Origin: Raillietiella orientalis
Lineage: Eukaryota
NCBI GenBank assembly: GCA_036172245.1
Contig: JAYWIR010000006.1
Span: 1,922,001 to 1,986,000 of the forward strand
Length of the DNA: 64,000 nt
Reading direction: 5' to 3'
Below the pieces are notes generated by a model, which saw only the letters and a program-made list of their open reading frames with translations, was not told the origin of the DNA and did no database searches. Position 1 is the first letter of the stretch. Every line of letters starts with the position of its first letter. Shown here piece by piece: positions 43,001 to 52,000 of the stretch. A program made the translations under genes and the position numbers.

Positions 43001-46000
43001 CCCCCTGGTTGCACGGTGATCCATTCTTCTACACGCATCCTCCACGAAGGACAGCGAAAAAGGGAAGGGGAGTCCCCCCTTTAAAAAAGAAATAAAAAAC
43101 GGGCAAAGGCAGATGACCAAGTCATTGATGTGCAGACACCGAGCGGCATTTCGAGGTATCAGCAAAAAAGAATGCGTACCGATAACAGTGAAGTTGACCA
43201 TAGTGGTGATCGTCGGGTGATTCAGGAAATCTACACGACATTTGTAGACACCCGTGTCGTTCTTCAGGGTTTGCGGGAGGATGAGTCCGCTAGGTTGGGA
43301 CCTCTGGAAGTGAACTCGCGGACGAATCCACGCTTCGTTTTGCCAGTGTCTTCCCAGCGCGTCCTTCCCGGACCTCAGATCAAAGCTGAAAAACGGAGCC
43401 TCACGGTATTATTGACCAGAGTCCAGTGGAAGAAAGGGATCCCCGCTCTCGCAAGAAACGCGACAACGGTAGCTGACAGCAGCTTCAGAGAGTTCCGAGG
43501 TGCTTCAAGATGACACACAGAGGTGACACGGCGGAAAGCTCATCTAGATTGAGGATAGGAAGTCTCGAGAGTAAGGATCAGACCAAATGGTGCTGTTGAT
43601 TCAAACCGACAAGGGACGACTTGACGCTCGAAACGACACACGGGTCATTGCCCTTAATGAAAAAAATCATCGAGATTACAGGATGAGTAGGTGAGAAGAG
43701 ACGGGAGAAGGTGTCGTGGGTTTCTCCTCCATCATCCGTTTGCGTTCCGTCGAAAGCGCCACATGTGCGCAGTGAAAATCTCGCACTTGGCACCTCAAGG
43801 TCAACAGCGTGAAACTGCGTGCCCTTGCAGCTGCGCAACGCGCTCATGGTATCTCGTCTGATTTCCCGGACTCGCGAGCGTCTTTTCGGGAAGTGCTTTC
43901 GGGAATACAGGGAAATTTTTCTTGTGGAGAGCCAGCCGACCACAAGGATTCGCTGCAGACTGAACAGGGGACCGCACCCAGAGGCAAAAATGGTAGAAAA
44001 CGTGCATTTTGAAAAAAGCCCATGCGAGGCGGAATGGCAATCGTCCGGGCGATGGTGGAAAGCAAAAGGAGGGATCTGCAAATCGGGCGAGAAGGAAAGC
44101 GGTCAGAAGTACTCCCGTTTTTAGGTGCCGATCCACGGGCTTGATGCGGCATGCATTCACGGATTCGGACTCCAGCGTCAGGACGGAGAACCAGCAAGCG
44201 CTCCGCAATGGTGGGGCTGCATCACGTCATTACAGGCCAGACACTGTCTCTTCGTGGAAGGATCAAGAGCATTTGCAGAAGCAGCAGCAATAAAAGCAGA
44301 AGGATCAGCGGATTCTAGTAGTATTGCAAGAGATCGTGGTCGTCCCGGAGGGATCATGGCAACGGCAGTTAGTGGAGACCTTCGGACAGGTGGAAAATTC
44401 TGTCCTTCTCTTACCATTGAGGAAGTCGTTACTGCGGCTTGAAAACACGGTCGGCCTTTTGATAAGTCTTTCCTTCGTCCTACCGCGTTTCCCTCACGCC
44501 TTTCCTTCATCAGAAACCATCTGCAAACGCATATCCGCAGATGGTTTCTGAGTCCGCTGCTCCTCTCCCGAAGAAACCACGGAGAGGATGAGGGATGAGA
44601 CGTCTCCATCACGATGGTCATAATAAACGAGCAGTGTTGCCGCTTCATCGTTCCTTTCCCTTCTTGTCCTGCATTGTAAGGCATCCCGAGCAACCCTCCC
44701 CACCACGTCCAGGATACACGAACGGTGAGTCCGTTGAGGGGCGGAGATCTTTCTATCCCCGAAAGCCTCCTTCTGCTTTTGGCACTCATGGATGACGATT
44801 TGTCCGTCCGCATTCCCTACGCTTTGTGACTCCTTCGATTTGAGCACCATCGTGACCTTCGGAGAGATTCAGCAGCCTTTGTTTCGGTCCTAAGGGAGTT
44901 TCCTTAAATAAATCCCGCGTCTGGATCTTCTCCGTCAGAGATTTTTGTGCTTCCTGCGTCCGCATTGTCAAAGATCGAGTATCCCCTCTTGCTGCTGACC
45001 AACGAGCGTAATGGTGCTCGAGTTCATTCCCCTATTTTTAGAAAAAAAACGATGGTACATTGCAGTTTCCCTGCATGGGGACAAGACGCAAAGGGCTTCC
45101 GGAGTCGGCTTTCGATCGTGTGCAGCGTCCCCTATCGGTTGCATCTCCATTCTGTCATTCCTGAACGCGAGACGGGCAACTCTACCGGGTTTTCCTCATA
45201 ACCAGAAGGAATTTTAGGACGTCGCATCTTTGCTGACTTCCTACTCCCAAGAGAAACCGGACGAGAAAGGAATGCTATGCCCTAGTGGGAGGGAACAAGG
45301 GCCCAGAGCGTTCCAGATTTCGGGACGGGGGAATTCGCCAGAAGAGGTCCGCCGAGGAGGAGAATGCAGACCCATAGTCCGCCGAAGGCGCCAGAGCGTT
45401 GGGTGGAGAGACGAGATCTTGAGCCCCTGGGTCGTGAGAGAACCGGGGCGAATAGGACCCTGCAGGGCTAGAACAGCCCCCGGCAGCCCTGCTGGATGCC
45501 ATTCCAGCAGTCGCGCCAGTGCCCGAAGCGGCGGTGCGACTGCGACTGTTCGAAGCCGGTCAGGAAGTCAAGCAGCCGGTCGCGATGCCCGCAATGCTCC
45601 TTGCACCCTCCAGCAGTGCAATGAGGAACTCCGGGCATGCGCCACGCTGGAGGAAAAGAAAATCGGGAATTCTGTAGGGGTTGCTGCGACGTGGAAGCGA
45701 TGAACCCAGGAGTTCATGGATCAGGGAGGATCCGGAGCGATCTTCCGTGATGAGCTCATCACAGGTGGAAATGTAACGAAGAGATCCGACTTTCTCTCCT
45801 GAAGCAGGATAGACGCAGCATCCGCAACAGCGCTCTGAGTCGGGAGTGGAGGTGAGCGAGTCATCTTCAGAGGTGCCTTGGAGGAAGAGATCGAAAGGCG
45901 GATTCTTCTCCTCCCTCCTCTTTGAGAGATTCTGGGCAAAGTTCCTCCGCTCATTCACTCGGGTCCAGAGCGCATCTTCTGCGGGAAATCATAGTCTCCG

Positions 46001-49000
46001 TCTGCCTGCAAACAGTTCCATCAGAGGAAAGCAGCTCTCGCCACCCTTCCTTCTCCTTCCCTCTTCTGAGCCAGCTAAGGCCTCTTTGAGGGCCTCTTCT
46101 CCGATTTCTCTTGCCTGCACCGCGCTGGGAGGGAAGGTCCCACTTCCCAAGTCATTCGGAACGCTTTTTAAGGAGCAAGATCTGTTCCGCGCTGCGAGAA
46201 TCCCTTCCTTCACGAGGACAGTCCGGAAAGAAAATCCAAGAACTCTTTCTTCTGGCCTACAAGAGCCGCCACCCCTGTGCCTCCATCCTGTCGGGTGAAA
46301 GCCTGCCTCCACCTCAACCTTCTTCGCCTCAGAGTTCCCTCCGGTTTTCGTCTGCGAACATGGGAGCACCCCCGCCGACGCGCCTTTATGCTTGCGTGGG
46401 GTCGACGCCGTCGCTCGGCAACGGCGAGCTTCCAACAGATCCATCCGCTGCGCTGCAGAAACTTCAATACCTCTGCGCCTGCCTCGTCGCAGCCGCCGTC
46501 GGCCCAGCAGAAGGTGTCCTGGAAGATCTAGCAGCAATCTTCTCCCTCTTTCCATTGACGATCTGAGGAGCTTCTCCAAGGGTCGGGCGCCACCTGCGAT
46601 GGGGAATGTGTGGTGTGCCGCATGCAAGGGTGAAAAATCGATCCAATCAGCCACAAATTAATCGGCTTTGGCGTCTGGAAGTCTTCCATAGGCGGCAGAC
46701 TGTCTCGAAACTTCCTCCTTGTTCGAAAGGAACTAGGAGCCCTGTGCACGCTGGAAGCAGCGATGAAATCGGCGAATCCCGAACCGGAATTCCCCTTCCG
46801 TCGTTTCCATAGTCTTTTCGAAAGATAGCGCGGTGTTCATCCCGCAGCATCATTGGTTTCTTTGGTAAGAAATTCGGGTGCTCAAGCTTCCGCCTCCGTC
46901 GTGATTCCCTTTGTCCCATTTACGAACCGGATGCTCTGGCGCCCTTACCCACTTAAGGAACCAGGAAGCGGAAGCAAGGAATAGGTCTGCGGTTGCGTGG
47001 CAACGCCTGGTGCACCTTTGTACCTCTCTATACTTGGGCTAATCTCGTACTCTTCCACAACTGGCAGTTGCTGGCTTCCTTGAGGCGATGCACGCTGCTT
47101 GATTCTCTTTCCCTTCTCTGGTTCCATCTTCCCCCACCCGTGGACCCCCAGTTGGTGGATTGGTTGCTGATACCATCTCGAGCACAGGACCAGGACTCCA
47201 GTCCCCTCAAATGGCCAGCTTCCTCACAAAGCAGCTTCTGCTGGCATCCTCATGTCCAGATCCTCCTCGCCACTTGATCCCGAACCTGCAGCTCGTCTGT
47301 GAACCACTTGCGGTTTCAATTTTTTCGGATGGGAGTTCCCGAGGGCTTTCGAAAACCACGGCGTTTGGATCAGGACGCTCCGCGCGCGGCCTCCTTCTCG
47401 GAGCGTGAAAAGGGAGAAGGTTCAAGACAGGATTCTGGATTTTCAGATTCCCGAGCAAAAATCTGCCTTGATGGGGAACGCAAAGGAGCTAGGATACTGG
47501 AGTCGCTCTCTCCGTCCAGTTCGGCTGCGGACCAGGTCACCATCAAGCACTCAGCGAATGAATGCAAAGGACTAAGGACTTAGTTCTAAGGACTTCTTCT
47601 AGAGGAGTGGAGAAGGAACGATGGGAAAAAGTGGCTCAAAGCCTGAGCGGACCTGGAATCTCGTGGCAAGCCGCAGCGGCACGGCTGCACCACTGCTCTT
47701 CTCTTCTGCTCAAATGATCACAGCACTCCACTCGAACTCGTTTTTTCCGGCGATGACTTCTTGAGCTGCGCTTCCCAATGATGCCAGACGTAACGCACGT
47801 CCGCAGAAGCTTCTTCCCTGAAGCATCTCTTATCGAGCACCTTGTTCTTGGACCTTAATTCTTCCACTCTGCACCCGTGTCTCGCCCCCTAATCCACTCC
47901 ACCCATACCACGAGTCCCCATCAGAGTAATGCATTCCTATTTCCCGAGCATCAGAGACTCCGAAGAACCTCAGCGGGTCAAAGTGGCTTGGAGGAAGTTT
48001 CGCCCATTCTTTCTAATGATCCTAATTTTTTTCTAACGTAGCCACCACATAACCGGCGTCGGAGGCTGTGTGGCTGAGGTCTCTGAGCGTGCAACCAAGC
48101 GTTAAGAATTCGAACACCCATAAAGGATCGACGCTATGAATGGGGAGTGCGTCGTGGCTTCCCAGTCCTCGCCTTACCTCATCCCCGCCGCCCCTCAGAA
48201 TGACTCTGGTTCGCCTAGAGTCTTTAGTTGAGACCCTGGTGAAAGCCGAAAACCCTCGAATGTCCCCACTGACTGGCCGGGATGGGAAGTCGACTCTCCG
48301 AAGTTCCTCCAGGTAGCAAGGATCCGGTTCCTTTCGGGGCTCCCTATCGGTTGTGGAAATAAAGCAGTACCTTGCAGCGTCAAGTACCGTGCAGCTGGTT
48401 GATACCCCCCTTGTAGGGTTGCCTCTCCAGAGCGTCAAGAACCTCATCGCTCCCATGGAGGAGCGCCCTTCAGAGAAACCGGGAAGCGTCCCTTCCAGGT
48501 TCTCTTCAGAGGAAACAGGAAGCTGTTGGTTCCCTTGCAGATGCCCTCCCGAGGAGAAATCCCAGGAGCGAATCTCTTCCCGGTTCTCTTCGGAGAAGAT
48601 TCGAAGATTGGCCCCTTCCGTGGGGTCCCTCCGGAGAAAATAAGGAAGAGGTTCGATTGGGGATTCCCTCCGAAGGATAGAAGGAACGGATACCTTCCTC
48701 CGGCGCCCTTCCTGGATTCGCAGGGTGATCTCTTCGGGGTAACACCGAAGAGTGAGTGAAGAGTTGTACGCATCCACAGGTGGAGAGGACAGCGTTAAAG
48801 AGCTTTGTGAGTACTCCCTAGGAAGACAAACAGTTCTCTGGCACTTAGCGAACTGAAAAAAGGAAAACCCATTCTTTCTAATCACCTACCCTAAAAACAC
48901 TCATAAATTCTCGTTCTTACACGAGAAGCACTACCACTTGCTGGCTTCTTCGCCTAGTAAATAACTCCCGGATCGGTCACCGATATCATAGAAATCACTC

Positions 49001-52000
49001 ATATCCTCTTTCATCTTCCTCCTCATCTGCCTAAATGCAGGATTGTCAACTCTCACCCTCTTCCGCCAAATGAACCCCAATTCTTGCACTCCATCTCCCG
49101 ATTCTCTATTTTCATCTTCCCGCTGCTCTTCCAGGCGCCTCCTTTGCCATTTAACGATCGTATATAGAAAACTAACATTGAAAGAATCTGCTATCTTTAG
49201 ATCCAGGACCCAGAAAGTTCCTTTGGAATTATCTTCCCTTTCGAGATAGTTGTGCTCAAAACTCATCCAGGTTCCAAACCATGAGCGAGGGTATGTGAAT
49301 AATTGACAAAACAACTTAATGGTAATTAAGGGTGTTGGGCATTTTCCCCTTAATTATTAACCAACGCGGGCCGTCTTGCATATGCATCGCCATCGATCAA
49401 CCCGTATGACTTATATTGCATCACACTGACTCCACACTTTTCGCATAAATCATCTTCCCGGAAATGATTTTGGCAGAAGGGAAGATACGAACGCAGGCAC
49501 AAGGATCTGAAACATCTTTTTCGAAAGAAGGAGGGGCTAAATGATCCAGGGAAAACACAAGGACGAAGGAAGCCGCGAAAGCCCCCGGTGAGGCGCTCTT
49601 CCCCATGTCCGCCTCAACTTCCTGAACGGAGAATGAATGGTGCTTTGGCAACGAGGATGTTCTCCTCGGCGTGTCACTCGTACAGTCAACGAAAATCTAG
49701 CGGAAGGATGTCCTCAGACTAACACCATCCGTCTCAGATCCGTCTTCTCTCAATCAACAAAAGTGATCACTAGAAAACCCTTCAGAAACAATCTGAAGGT
49801 TCCGACCTATCCATCAATGGAAATCTTCACTACTCTGTAGATCACCCTTCTCTCCATCGATCTATCAAAACCCCTCATCATGAATATCTGCTGAACCCAT
49901 CTATTCATATGACCTCATACCTCATGCCTCAGACCGCCCTGCAGCGAGACCATCAAGAGAACCATCCACTACATCCACCTCCGAAACTTTCTGGCTCACC
50001 TTTTTAATTACATTCTCCCGCGAAGACCAAAGAGCTTGCCCCTCGTGGTACACGAAATGACAAAAGACGTTTTTCTTCAAACAGATACTTCGCCCCTGCT
50101 CTCCCCTAGGCTTGGGGTCTTTGAGTTTCGAGCAAAGGGACGTCCGAAAGGCCTTGTGGTCACATTTCACTGCCTCCATTTTTCATCCATCGTCTTCGAA
50201 ACTTTTGACAGCACCAACGTGAATGTAGTGCCCACCCACCCTGGGTGTTCCTTCACCGGTGATTCTCGCGGGCATCCCAGCTTTTTCTTTGCATTGCAAT
50301 TAGAAAGAGCTTTCCCACACAAGAAACTGATCAGTGAGCCTCGATCTCTTCTTCGGGATGCAGCTTGCCTTCCTCCTTTCCTCCCGGATCACCCATTTCA
50401 TCGCCTTTGCTTCGGCCTTCCGTGTTCGGGCAAATTCTCCTTTGCCGATTTTACTTTCCGTCTCTTGATGGCATTGGAGACGTCGAACAGGGAAGACGCC
50501 CGGTAGCAAAGCGGTTCCAGGGCCCCCTTCCCACTCTTCTCGGCTTCATCCGCTTCCGAAAGAAGGATGATCGCACCTCGATTGCGGGCTGCTACCATAG
50601 CCCTCCGGGTTCCCTCGGCAGTGCGCAGTCCAGAATTGCGAACGGTTCGGTTTCTTGCCATCGCTTTCCTGGGCCTCACACCAAAGTAGTCCCTGGCATT
50701 CTGCATTTACGAGTTTCCTACCCTTGCACGCATTTCCACACGACTCGCATCTTCGTCTTCTTCCGAATGCTCGCCAGCCAACAGAGCACGCTCTTTCAAT
50801 CGATTACGATCAATTAAGAAGCTCCGAAGGACAGCTTCCTCTTTGCGATTGTCCTCGGGAGAGGGAAAATCGGCTCGGCCGACACGGCTGCATGTTGCCG
50901 CTCACCCTCAACAAGTGGCAAGAGGGATTTTCAGGATTTTGAAGACCCCTCCAAGAGCATTTCAGACGGATGAGACACCTCGGTACACTGGTTCCTGGGA
51001 TTCACCGCGGAAAAAAAAAAAAAAACGCACCCGTTGGAAGGATCGCGTGTTCTGTGCGTGCGTGTGCTTTTTGGTAACGTTCTCCAAGTGGTTCCTTCGC
51101 TCCTGCATATATGCATGTCCATTGGGGATCAAGGAAATCCCTTTGCACCCTTGGAAAACGCAGCCCACGAATGCCATAAAATGGAGTTCAACGTGGCAGA
51201 ACTTGTTGAGGGCTTGATGGATTTCGTACAAAAAAAACGCAAATCTACCAAGGCGGAGATTGGGCGCGCGGCATGATTTGCGGTCAGACTGCTGCCTGTC
51301 TCGCATGCCAGCAACAAGCTCTTCAGTTCCTAGCCAATTACGTTTCTGCAGTTTCACAGAAGAGCTCACAGCAGTTCGCGAGTTCACAGCAGGGACCTCA
51401 GTACTTGCTCGACTTCCTGCCAACAAGCAGAGAACCACTCGTCTGTCCTCTTGAACACAAGCGAAACGGAGACCGAAAACCATGAAGGGGTAATCTAAGA
51501 TACGCCACGGAGTCTGCGGAGGTTCTTGTGAGTTCATCTTCAAACAAGAAACACCTTTTGTGGGAGTTAAGATCGAACTCTAGTCTTCTACGTGTCTGTC
51601 TTCTCCTTGATTCCACTCTTGAAATGATGTTTGGTCTTCGAGAATCCTCTGGGACAAGCAGAAGCCGGGGCTGCAAAAGTTTTTCTGTCTGAATCCCGGA
51701 ATCAAGCGACCATGAACACATGGGAGATCTAGAAAGTAAGGAGGCTGAATAGAGATGTCGATCACGAAGCATCTAGTGGAGACCGTCGTGAGTTCGCAGC
51801 TCGCGACTCGAGCCACACCGGGCTTTCGATTTCTCTTTGGTACCTTTGGTCGGCAAAACGTTAGAGGTCGGAAAACGAGTTCTCGTTTGGGAGCAAACTG
51901 CATCGGCTACATGGCGATCATGAAGAGTTTCGTGGATACCAAGGACAGCTTTCTGTAGGAATCTTAGCGGAAGAACGACAGGCACGGAAGAGAAAACTTG

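Noticed and set aside
48022..48885. 287-aa minus-strand ORF
   Set aside because: It is the antisense of SINE copy A; other copies do not visibly preserve the frame.
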